From IMG/VR virus record IMGVR_UViG_3300020159_002453, positions 15,879 to 79,878 of that record: DNA of 64,000 nucleotides; one strand, given 5' to 3'. The translations under genes and the position numbers were made by a program. Below, in pieces: positions 39,811-48,594 of this stretch; within the stretch, counting starts at the first letter, position 1, and each line of letters starts with the position of its first letter. The notes beneath the pieces are model-generated. The model searched no databases, had not been told where the DNA came from, and saw nothing but the letters and a program-made list of their open reading frames with translations. The stretch comes from a virus.

Positions 39811-40984
39811 CAACAACGGCGTTATTGGCGCCCCACAAGTTCCATTCGGTGCACCTATGGTAGGTAACCCTATGGTGCAATCTGCCCCTGTGCAGGTACC
39901 TATCTCTATGAATCCAATGATAAGTGGGTTAAAAAGAGCAGTTAGCTTTGCAGCTGATCATCAAGGGTGTGGTTTTTGGAGAATGCACTGGCCGGAATCC
40001 GTTATTAATGGCCAACAATTGGGGGTTATTAGTAATAATAATTTTATGCTTTTGCAGGAAAACTTTTATGAAGGTATTGAAAGTATAAGAATCCAGCGTC
40101 AAGTTACCCCTACCCAATTAAGTTTCGTTAAATTTTTAAAGGCAGTCTCAAAAAAGAAAAATAATTTTAAGATTTATTACGAGATTGATGATGTTATTTT
40201 TCCTGAAGATATTCCTGTTTACAATAAAGCTAGAGAAGCGTTTACTGACCCCTCTATTATTGCTTCTGCAATAGAAATTATGAAATTGTGTGATGGTATT
40301 ACCACCCCTACCGACTACATGTCAAAGTATTACGAGGAAAAGACCGGGGTTAAAGGTATAACTCTACCCAATTATATGCCAAAGTTTTGGATGGATCGCT
40401 TTTATAATAAAGCTAAAATTGTAGAAAATTTTGATTTTAATAAACGCCGACCACGAGTTGGTTACATTGGTAGTCCTACCCATTTTAACGTAGGGGAGGT
40501 AGCTGGGGCAAAAGACGATTTTGCTGATATTTCCAACATAATTATTAAGACAGTTAAGAACTTTAAGTGGGTAATTATGGGTGGTTGCCCACGGGAACTT
40601 GCACCTTATGTAAGAAGCGGGGATATTGAATATTACCCTTGGGTTCGTATTTGGGATTATCCTACTGCTTTTAATAATCTCAATATTAACGTCGCGATTG
40701 CACCATTACAGAATAATAGATTCAATCTAGCTAAAGCGCCCATCAAATATCTTGAAGCAGGCGCGCTTGGTATACCTTGTGTATGTCAAGATCTTGCTCC
40801 TTATAATACCAACCCAGTTGCTCCACTTAGATTTAATACTGCTGATGAAATGATAGAGATTATTAAAAAAGTTACCGGGGATCGTCGATATTACCTCAAT
40901 GAATCTGATAAAGCACGTAAAGTTGCTACTGGATACTGGCTTGAAGATCATATTAAGGAATTTACTAATTTGTATTTTGGTTAA
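39797..40984 (+). CDS. GT-B (GT4-like) glycosyltransferase
   Basis: GCGFWRM, YEIDD, GSPTH, IAPLQNNRFNLAKAPIKYLE. Confidence 0.85.
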   Translation: MTFPNNNGVIGAPQVPFGAPMVGNPMVQSAPVQVPISMNPMISGLKRAVSFAADHQGCGFWRMHWPESVINGQQLGVISNNNFMLLQENFYEGIESIRIQRQVTPTQLSFVKFLKAVSKKKNNFKIYYEIDDVIFPEDIPVYNKAREAFTDPSIIASAIEIMKLCDGITTPTDYMSKYYEEKTGVKGITLPNYMPKFWMDRFYNKAKIVENFDFNKRRPRVGYIGSPTHFNVGEVAGAKDDFADISNIIIKTVKNFKWVIMGGCPRELAPYVRSGDIEYYPWVRIWDYPTAFNNLNINVAIAPLQNNRFNLAKAPIKYLEAGALGIPCVCQDLAPYNTNPVAPLRFNTADEMIEIIKKVTGDRRYYLNESDKARKVATGYWLEDHIKEFTNLYFG

Positions 40985-41028
40985 TTTTAACCTTGATAAA
41001 ATTTAGAAACGATACACAATACTAGACT

Positions 41029-43593
41029 GTGTATCGTAACATTTATTATAGTTCTAGGGATAGTACTTGCCATCTTTTTAAGTGGGACGAGCATGGCAAC
41101 CGGGTAATTGAAAGAAGCCCTTACTTACCGTACTTTTATATTGAGACTAATGCTGAGACGGCTGATGCACTATCTATCTTTAATACTAAGTTAAAGAAGA
41201 AAGTATTTCGTAATAACTACGAACGCAATAAGTCTGCTCAAGATGGTGCTATCAAACGGCTCTATCACAATATTCAGGTCGAGCAGCAATTCTTAATTGA
41301 GCAATACAAAGACGTTTACGATAAGCCTGAATTTTCTAATAATCCGCTTAAAGTATGCTTTCTTGATATCGAAGTGTACTCCCCGGATGAGTTCCCTCAA
41401 GCTAAGGATGCTAAGCACCCAATTAACTTAATTACCGTTTACGATACGCTTTCGGAAACATTTTACTCGTTTGGTGCTAAGCCCTATACCCCCACTCGTA
41501 AGAACGTAGTGTATACTGAGTGTACAAGTGAGCACGATCTATTAGAAAAGTTCTTAGAGTTTTGGGAGAAAGACTACTACCCTGATATTCTTTCAGGTTG
41601 GAATACAGATTTTTTCGATTTTCCTTACCTCATTAACCGCATTAATAATCTTTTAGGAGAAGATGCTGCAAAACGGCTTTCGCCGGTACAGAGTCTGTGG
41701 TGCCGTAAAGGTATTTTTGTTAAAGGTCAAGAGCTCGATCGTTGGTATATTCACGGTATTTCTGCAATGGATTACATGGAAGTGTATAAGGGCTTTGCAC
41801 GTGGTTTGCTTGAATCTTACGCACTTAACTTTGTCGCACAACATGAGCTTGGAGAAGGTAAGCTAGCTATTAACGCCACTAACTTAGCCGATCTTTCTGA
41901 GTCTGACTGGAACAATTTTGTTGAGTATAATATTCAGGACGTCGATCTACTTGTGAGAATGGAGAAGAAACTCCAGTTCTTTAAGATTATTCGAATGCTT
42001 GCTTATAAAGGGTTGACTAGCTTTGAAGCTGCTCTTGGTAAAGTATCTATTGTTACTGGGTGTGTTGCATTAGAAGCCTATAAGCATGGTATGGTTATAC
42101 CTACCTTTGTGGAAGGACCTACCCGGGAAGCTATTGAGGGTGGATACGTTAGAGACCCTGAAAGAGGTCTTCAAACCTCTATTGTAAGTTATGACGCTAA
42201 TTCACTATACCCTAATACTATTATTACCCTGAATATATCCCCGGAGACAAAGGTCGGTAAGATAGTTGCTAAGGATGATGAGAGTGTTACGTTACGCTTA
42301 GCTAATAATAAGGATTTCAAGCTTACTAACGAGAAGTTTATTCAGTTTGTTCAATCCGAAAAGCTTACGATATCCAAAGCTAACGTACTTTACACACAAA
42401 AGAAGAAAGGTGTGGTGCCCTCGCTTATCGATGGTCTTTATAGTGAGCGGGTTGTTAATAAGAATCAATACGTGGATTTAAAAAAGAAACTCAGTAAGTT
42501 AGATATAGCCACTGATGAATATCGAATCTGCAAAGCGAACATGGAAAGAGCTGACACTATTCAGCATGTTATCAAGATTTTGCTTAACTCTATATACGGT
42601 GTTTTTGCTAATAAGTTTAGTCCTATTTGCGATAGCGATCATGCTGGTAGTATTACTCTCACGGGTCAAGCTGTTGTTAAGCAGGCTAGTGAAATACTGG
42701 ATCAATACGCACGAGAAGTCCTTAGCTACCAGGGTAAGTCCCTCACAATCTACAACGATACTGATAGTACTCATATTACTATACAGCCTCTCCTGGACAA
42801 GAAGAATTTAAACATCTTTACAGACGGTAAAGTTAATAAAGAGGGTCTTAAGTTTATTGATGATGAACTCGGGGTCTATCTCAACGCTAAAATTAAAGAA
42901 TGGGCTAAGGACAAGTTAAACTCAATTGACCCGCGGTATTATTTTAAACGGGAATCAATTTGTGATGTTGCAGTTTACCTTGAAAAGAAACGTTACATTA
43001 TCCACGTTATTAATGATGAAGGGGCAGATGTAAGCAAGTTTAAATATGTCGGGGTTGAGATTGCCCGTTCTACCACACCTAAGAAAGCTAAAGAGCTTAT
43101 TAAAAAGGTAATTGAAAGTAGTTTATTAGTACAAGATCAGATTAAAGCTAATACTATTTATCGAGACGTGTATGATACGTTTAAAAAGCTTTCGATTGAT
43201 GATATTGCCATTAGAGGTGGGTTGAGCGATATTGAAAAACATCAAGTACGTGCAGATGGGTTTAAAATTGCTAAAGGCACCCCGAATCATGTCAAAGGCG
43301 CTATTTGGTATAATCAATTGCTTAAGCACCGTAACTTAGAAACAAAATACGAACGCATTACTTCAGGCGGTAAAGTTAAGAAGATTTATATTGCGCCGAA
43401 CAAGTATAACATCGACACACTTTGCTTCCCAGTAAGTTTTCCACCAGAATTTAAGGACTTTGAAGTTGATTACGAAGAGATGTTCGATACAATTATTAAA
43501 CCACCAGTAATTGCAGTTTATACCGCTCTCAACTGGCGTTTACCTGAAGTTAACAACCAAGCACAAACCGATCTATTTGACCTATTTACATAA
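41029..43593 (+). CDS. gp43: Family B DNA polymerase gp43
   Basis: Exo motifs FLDIE, GWNTDFFD, YNIQD. Pol motifs YDANSLYP, KILLNSIYG, YNDTDS, KKRY. Confidence 0.97.
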   Translation: MYRNIYYSSRDSTCHLFKWDEHGNRVIERSPYLPYFYIETNAETADALSIFNTKLKKKVFRNNYERNKSAQDGAIKRLYHNIQVEQQFLIEQYKDVYDKPEFSNNPLKVCFLDIEVYSPDEFPQAKDAKHPINLITVYDTLSETFYSFGAKPYTPTRKNVVYTECTSEHDLLEKFLEFWEKDYYPDILSGWNTDFFDFPYLINRINNLLGEDAAKRLSPVQSLWCRKGIFVKGQELDRWYIHGISAMDYMEVYKGFARGLLESYALNFVAQHELGEGKLAINATNLADLSESDWNNFVEYNIQDVDLLVRMEKKLQFFKIIRMLAYKGLTSFEAALGKVSIVTGCVALEAYKHGMVIPTFVEGPTREAIEGGYVRDPERGLQTSIVSYDANSLYPNTIITLNISPETKVGKIVAKDDESVTLRLANNKDFKLTNEKFIQFVQSEKLTISKANVLYTQKKKGVVPSLIDGLYSERVVNKNQYVDLKKKLSKLDIATDEYRICKANMERADTIQHVIKILLNSIYGVFANKFSPICDSDHAGSITLTGQAVVKQASEILDQYAREVLSYQGKSLTIYNDTDSTHITIQPLLDKKNLNIFTDGKVNKEGLKFIDDELGVYLNAKIKEWAKDKLNSIDPRYYFKRESICDVAVYLEKKRYIIHVINDEGADVSKFKYVGVEIARSTTPKKAKELIKKVIESSLLVQDQIKANTIYRDVYDTFKKLSIDDIAIRGGLSDIEKHQVRADGFKIAKGTPNHVKGAIWYNQLLKHRNLETKYERITSGGKVKKIYIAPNKYNIDTLCFPVSFPPEFKDFEVDYEEMFDTIIKPPVIAVYTALNWRLPEVNNQAQTDLFDLFT

Positions 43594-44343
43594 ATAGCAT
43601 TTCCAGCCTCTCCAGTTATTTTTTTTATATTTACAACTTTTTTTAGCTATTTCTCTCATCGTCCACACCGGCAAGTTATGTTTCTTACAAAATGTTTCAG
43701 ATTCTCCGATAATATCGTATTTTTCTCCAGCGGGATCAATAAAAAGCCAATGCTTAGCTCTTGAATTATATTTCCCTTTAACTGAAAGCACCCCCTCTGC
43801 AAATAAGCGCTTTCTAGTGAGACTTATTTGGCTCCCATTGTTATCGTGCGGAACCATTAATCCTTTTTTTAACTTACTATTTTTTGCGTAATAAAGTACT
43901 TTCATACGCTTTGAATGCTGCTTACGTCGCTCGAAGGTCCAAGCTTTTTTTTGCGCCTCCTGTCTTTTTTGCATAACTTCTAGAGAAGAAGTACGACCAC
44001 CCTTTTCGATTATATTTGTTAATGGACCATTATTTTTAATAACTTGACCTATTTCAGATATTAACTTTGCTTCAAGTGCGATAGATCTATCGTGAGTTAG
44101 TCCTTTCTCTACAAACACTATATAATCTTTTAAGTTAAATGTTTTTAAGTTATTAAGTACTGTTTGTTTTAACTTATTATTACCCCCGCTACCTTTCCAA
44201 ATATGTCTATATGCACGACTTCCGGTACCTTTACCCACATAAAAGGGTTCGTATTTAAACGAAGCTGAATCATAGTTAAAGCTTCCAGGCTTTAAAGGAT
44301 TAGTATAAACATACACATAAAAGGTTGATTTAACATAGTTCAT
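43582..44343 (-). CDS. GIY-YIG homing endonuclease (antisense)
   Basis: FYVYVY..PFYVGKG..R..H..LEAKLI..GPLTN. Confidence 0.85.
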   Translation of the reverse strand: MNYVKSTFYVYVYTNPLKPGSFNYDSASFKYEPFYVGKGTGSRAYRHIWKGSGGNNKLKQTVLNNLKTFNLKDYIVFVEKGLTHDRSIALEAKLISEIGQVIKNNGPLTNIIEKGGRTSSLEVMQKRQEAQKKAWTFERRKQHSKRMKVLYYAKNSKLKKGLMVPHDNNGSQISLTRKRLFAEGVLSVKGKYNSRAKHWLFIDPAGEKYDIIGESETFCKKHNLPVWTMREIAKKSCKYKKNNWRGWKCYLCK

Positions 44344-44374
44344 ATATATAATTACTAAACTAGTAACTATATTT

Positions 44375-45190
44375 ATGATTAAAATATCTCACGAATCACC
44401 TTTAAGCATGCTCGAAATGTCTCGTACGTATAATGATTATGATTATGCCCTCACACATTTGTTCGAGATTTACCCGCAGTATTATAAGTTTTTTCAAGAT
44501 AGTCTTGAACAAGGTAGATGCGTATTATTAGATTGCTCAACATTTGAGCTTGGTACTGCTTTTGATTCGGAACGATACGCATATTGGATTAACAAACTTT
44601 TACCCACCGAATACATTATTCCAGATGTGCTAGAGGATTGTAATGGTACGATTAAATCTGCTATGGACTGGAATTTTAGACTAGATTGGAATAACGTACC
44701 TCACACACAGAGTAGAATGATTGGGGTAGTGCAGGGTAAAAATTACGGGGAGCTGGTTAAATGTTATACCCATATGGATCAAGTAATGAATGTAGATAAG
44801 CTCGCTATTTCATTTGACTACTCTTATTACCGAGAAGTGTTTCCTCATCCTAACAAGTGGGTATCGTTTATGATGGGCCGAGTGATGACTCTTACTCGCT
44901 TAATGAACGATGGTGTTATTAATAAAGGTAAGCCTCACCATCTTCTTGGTTGCGCACACCCTAGAGAGTTCAGCTTTTATCAAGGACCAGAGTTTAGCTG
45001 GATTGACTCTTTGGATACCTCTTCACCTATAGTGCATGGTATCAAGAAGATCGCATACTCTGATAAGATCGGTATTTGGAATAAAGAGAGTACTAAACTG
45101 GTTGATCTACTTGATTCGGTACCAGATGCTGCTCAAGAGAAATGTATTGCAGACAACCTTGCTGCTTTCCGTAGCTACGTGAATGGATGA
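44375..45190 (+). CDS. dpdA: TGT-fold guanine transglycosylase (DpdA-like, probably DpdA3-type)
   Basis: TGT motifs in order: LLDCSTFE, IIPDVL, GVVQG, HHLLG, SLDTSS. No C-terminal Zn site. Context is que genes and the DNA polymerase. Confidence 0.75.
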   Translation: MIKISHESPLSMLEMSRTYNDYDYALTHLFEIYPQYYKFFQDSLEQGRCVLLDCSTFELGTAFDSERYAYWINKLLPTEYIIPDVLEDCNGTIKSAMDWNFRLDWNNVPHTQSRMIGVVQGKNYGELVKCYTHMDQVMNVDKLAISFDYSYYREVFPHPNKWVSFMMGRVMTLTRLMNDGVINKGKPHHLLGCAHPREFSFYQGPEFSWIDSLDTSSPIVHGIKKIAYSDKIGIWNKESTKLVDLLDSVPDAAQEKCIADNLAAFRSYVNG

Positions 45191-45422
45191 ATTAACTGAT
45201 ATTGAGGCTATTACACATAATGTGTCAATAGCTTACCCACACTTGCTTCGAGACGGGGTAACTGTAAAGGATTATTACTTTATTGATTGCCAGAAAAATG
45301 AAGTACTTCCAGTAACAGAATTTAAAGCTGTAAAGGATTACATAAAAAGTGCTGAGATCAAAGACTTTGCTATGGTAATTTCTTTTAGTAATAATATAAT
45401 AGGTTACCGCTTAAATGTATGA
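45183..45422 (+). CDS. Hypothetical protein inside the modification cassette
   Basis: 79 aa, overlaps both neighbours. Confidence 0.65.
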   Translation: MDELTDIEAITHNVSIAYPHLLRDGVTVKDYYFIDCQKNEVLPVTEFKAVKDYIKSAEIKDFAMVISFSNNIIGYRLNV

Positions 45423-46009
45423 AAAGAAGAAGCACATGGGGAGTATTATTTTCGCAATCTGGTTCAGAGATTTTAGAAGTCTCTAAACATCTTAACTGTG
45501 TGCCTGATGTTATTGTAACTAATAAGCCGGTTGAGGATATACATAAGATTAACCCAGAATTACTTGCAATAGCATTTGAAAAGTTTATCTTTTTACCTAA
45601 AAAACCCACTGTGGAAGAGTATGTTACTGCTTTAAAGCATACTGGCTTTGTTACACTACACGGATTTTTAAGAGTGTTACCCCCGGAAATTTGTTTCCGG
45701 TACAATATTTATAATGGTCATCCTGGTTTAATAACTAAGTATCCGGAGTTAAAAGGTAAAGACCCTCAAGCTAAGGTGTGGGATTCTAATGTTAATTATA
45801 GATACCATGGGCATGTTATACATAAAGTAGTTGCTGAAGTGGATGCCGGGGAAGTAACAGCATCAGCATACTTTATGAGTGAAGACATTAAAAAAGAGTT
45901 TGGTAGTTTAGATAACTACATTAAGCACTTACACCGGGTTTCAGTTAGAAATTGGGTAGCCTTTTTGAAGAAAAAAGATATACTCAACGCATCAATTTAT
46001 GGACAATAA
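45419..46009 (+). CDS. PurN-like formyltransferase (predicted preQ1 formyltransferase, DpdN-like)
   Basis: FSQSGS, LHGFLRVL, YNGHPG, HKVVAEVDAG (N/H/D catalytic residues). Confidence 0.85.
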   Translation: MKRRSTWGVLFSQSGSEILEVSKHLNCVPDVIVTNKPVEDIHKINPELLAIAFEKFIFLPKKPTVEEYVTALKHTGFVTLHGFLRVLPPEICFRYNIYNGHPGLITKYPELKGKDPQAKVWDSNVNYRYHGHVIHKVVAEVDAGEVTASAYFMSEDIKKEFGSLDNYIKHLHRVSVRNWVAFLKKKDILNASIYGQ

Positions 46010-46571
46010 CTATAAAGTAGTAATTTGTGGAGCACATTCACAAGGAAAAACTACTCTGGTAAATAAGCTAAAAGAAAATGTCGAGCTTACGCACGACTTT
46101 AAGTTTTCTTTTAGGACCAATCTTACTAGAGACTTAAGCAAACTATTGCCTATTAACGAAGCAGGAGATTCTGTTTCGCAGTATTTAATTATGGCTCGCC
46201 ATCTAGAATTTGCTTTGACTCCAGGGCGTTGGATTATGGATCGGGGTGCCTTGGATGGAGCTGCTTATAGCCGCTACTTCTATGATGAGAATAAAGTGAG
46301 TAAGAACATTATGGATGCAATTGATGAGGTATATGAACAGTGTGTACCTTATTACAATAAAGTGTTTTACATCGCACCTGAGCTACCTCTAGTAGAAGAT
46401 GGAGAACGTAGTGTAAATAAAGAATTCTTTGATGGGGTTGTAAAGCAATTTGATTTTTACACGAGACATTTTAGTGTTAGTAATAAAGTAGTATTTTTAA
46501 CTGGTTCTGTATCAGAACGTGCAAATACTGTGATTAACGCAATTAGAACCGATTTCAACAATGAGCTATAA
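45999..46571 (+). CDS. P-loop nucleotide kinase-like protein (AAA_28)
   Basis: GAHSQGKTT, MDRGALDGAAY, EDGER. Confidence 0.8.
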   Translation: MDNNYKVVICGAHSQGKTTLVNKLKENVELTHDFKFSFRTNLTRDLSKLLPINEAGDSVSQYLIMARHLEFALTPGRWIMDRGALDGAAYSRYFYDENKVSKNIMDAIDEVYEQCVPYYNKVFYIAPELPLVEDGERSVNKEFFDGVVKQFDFYTRHFSVSNKVVFLTGSVSERANTVINAIRTDFNNEL

Positions 46572-47478
46572 TACAAATAATATCGATAAAGTACTCGGAC
46601 AGAGAGTTGATTCTCCGTCTACGTATTCCCCTGACATCCTTGTACGTGAAGAACGTCAACGTAATCGCACGCATCTTGACTTGCAAAATGAATCCCTTCC
46701 TTTTGTCGGTTATGATATCTGGAACGGTTATGAATGTAGTGCAGTAACAGATGCCGGTCTACCAGTGTCTTTTGTTGCTAAAGTAGTTTATGCTGCTACT
46801 AACCCATACATTGTAGAGTCTAAGTCAATGAAGCTTTACTGGAACGGGTTTAACATGCAACCATCCGGTAAGACCCCTAAAGAAGTTCTTAAGAACGTTA
46901 AAGCTACTGCCGAAAAAGATCTTTCTGCATTGCTTGAGACGCCGGTTAAGGTAGAGTTTTACACTCAAAAATTAGAGGGGGATTACTTAAAAGAAAATGA
47001 GTGGTTTAATAGTTACGGTGGCTGGGACGTTCTTGAAGAAATTCCTGAAGCAAAGAAAATGAAATTTACTGTATTTAACGAGACCGCTGATTTGTTAAAG
47101 TTAGACGGAAAAGTTGATATAGGTTGGGTTGAGGAGCGCTATATGAGTACCCTTCTTCGTTCTAACTGCAAAATTACTAAGCAGCCAGACTCTGGGGATA
47201 TTTTTATCTATTATAAAGGTTCTAAAGCAGTAACAGAGCGCTCTCTATTAGAGTGGATTGTCTCGTTCCGTAATGAATGTCACTTCCACGAGGAGATAGT
47301 TGAGTGTGCGTTCAAACGATTATATGATTTAATAACCCCTGATGAGTTACTAGTAACAGCTTTTTATGCACGTCGTGGTGGTTGGGATATCGTACCCACA
47401 CGTGCTACCCACAAGCATCTTTTAGATAAAAATCTTATTAACGCTAAAAAACCATACTTTAAGTTCCCTAGACAGTAA
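46561..47478 (+). CDS. queF: NADPH-dependent preQ0 reductase, two-domain type
   Basis: DIWNGYE, VESKSMKLYWN, LRSNCKITKQPD, FHEEIVE, YARRGG. Confidence 0.95.
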   Translation: MSYNTNNIDKVLGQRVDSPSTYSPDILVREERQRNRTHLDLQNESLPFVGYDIWNGYECSAVTDAGLPVSFVAKVVYAATNPYIVESKSMKLYWNGFNMQPSGKTPKEVLKNVKATAEKDLSALLETPVKVEFYTQKLEGDYLKENEWFNSYGGWDVLEEIPEAKKMKFTVFNETADLLKLDGKVDIGWVEERYMSTLLRSNCKITKQPDSGDIFIYYKGSKAVTERSLLEWIVSFRNECHFHEEIVECAFKRLYDLITPDELLVTAFYARRGGWDIVPTRATHKHLLDKNLINAKKPYFKFPRQ

Positions 47479-47479
47479 T

Positions 47480-48166
47480 TCAATTTAGATATTCTACAAA
47501 CCACCCGAAACTACAACCCCGGGTGGTTTTTTTTTGGTTTTTTAAAATATAACGCATAATACTATATTCAAGTTTATGTTCGTTTACAAATTTTTTAAAA
47601 GCACCTTCACAAATATATGTTTTACCTTTTGGGTCAGTAAATAGATATTTTTTAGCTCCAGGGTTATTGATACCTTGTCTGTTTTTAGAAAGCATATTTT
47701 TATATTCAACAGATCGCTTTATACCTGTCATAGTTTTTGATATCTTTTGACGTGTTTCTAAAGAACGAACTTTACCGGCATTGCCTTTAGCAATTGCTTT
47801 ACGGTATTCTTCCCCAAACCCGTTATTTTCTAACCCACCACTATTTTTATTAGTTAATGGTCCGTCCCTATTATCCGTTCTACCTATTTTTTTGATAAGT
47901 TCGTTTTCCTGTATAAGTGCATCTCTTTCAGATAACTCACAATATACTTTTCTACTAACTATACTGTACTCACTATTTTTAATTTTATTTATTTTTGCGA
48001 TTTTATGTTTATTGTACTTCATATTGCACTCACATGTATGAGCTTTGTGTCTATTACCACAACCTTTACCAACATAAAACGGTTCGTATTCGAATTCAAC
48101 ATCTTTATATTGGTATTTTCCAGGCTTACGGCTATCCAATAATACATATACATAAAACTTATTCAT
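47480..48166 (-). CDS. GIY-YIG homing endonuclease with NUMOD3-type motif (antisense)
   Basis: FYVYVL..PFYVGKG..R..H..ENELI..GPLTN, ETRQKISK. Start MNKFY at 48166. Confidence 0.87.
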   Translation of the reverse strand: MNKFYVYVLLDSRKPGKYQYKDVEFEYEPFYVGKGCGNRHKAHTCECNMKYNKHKIAKINKIKNSEYSIVSRKVYCELSERDALIQENELIKKIGRTDNRDGPLTNKNSGGLENNGFGEEYRKAIAKGNAGKVRSLETRQKISKTMTGIKRSVEYKNMLSKNRQGINNPGAKKYLFTDPKGKTYICEGAFKKFVNEHKLEYSIMRYILKNQKKTTRGCSFGWFVEYLN

Positions 48167-48242
48167 AACAATACTTATCATTTTCATGAAGACAACCCCT
48201 TATTTTAGTTGAATTTTACAAAAACTATATTAATATAACACT

Positions 48243-48593
48243 ATGGACTCAAAAATCATCGTATTCCTCGATAATATTCAACGCACAATTGTTGCAACTC
48301 TTGTTAAGCAAGACAACGATACCATTACTATTACTAAACCAGCTATTCTTAATGTGGCTCCAACCAACGAAAAGAAACTTCAAGTACAACTCTACCCTCT
48401 TATGTTTAGAGAGTTTCTTAAAGACCGAGACGTGTTTCCGTCCTGGACTTATGCTAAGCAATCTGTCGTAGTTGCTAATGGCTGTGAACTTGAAGCAAAT
48501 TTGGTTGCCCAATACGTAGAGATGTTTAAAGCGATTAAGAACGAGCCAGCTCCTACGATCAAGCTGTTTGACGCTGACGAAGACACCAAGTAA
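48243..48593 (+). CDS. Hypothetical protein
   Basis: 116 aa. Promoter TTGAAT-N16-TAATAT. Confidence 0.75.
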   Translation: MDSKIIVFLDNIQRTIVATLVKQDNDTITITKPAILNVAPTNEKKLQVQLYPLMFREFLKDRDVFPSWTYAKQSVVVANGCELEANLVAQYVEMFKAIKNEPAPTIKLFDADEDTK

Positions 48594-48594
48594 T

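Noticed and set aside
41029-43593. Intron or intein in gp43 or other core genes
   Set aside because: gp43, gp41, uvsX, uvsW, gp46, gp20 and gp23 are continuous and of normal length. The endonucleases are free-standing.
45419-46009. Ordinary purN auxiliary metabolic gene
   Set aside because: No other pur genes occur in the window, and it is translationally coupled within the dpdA-queF operon, so a DNA-modification role fits better.
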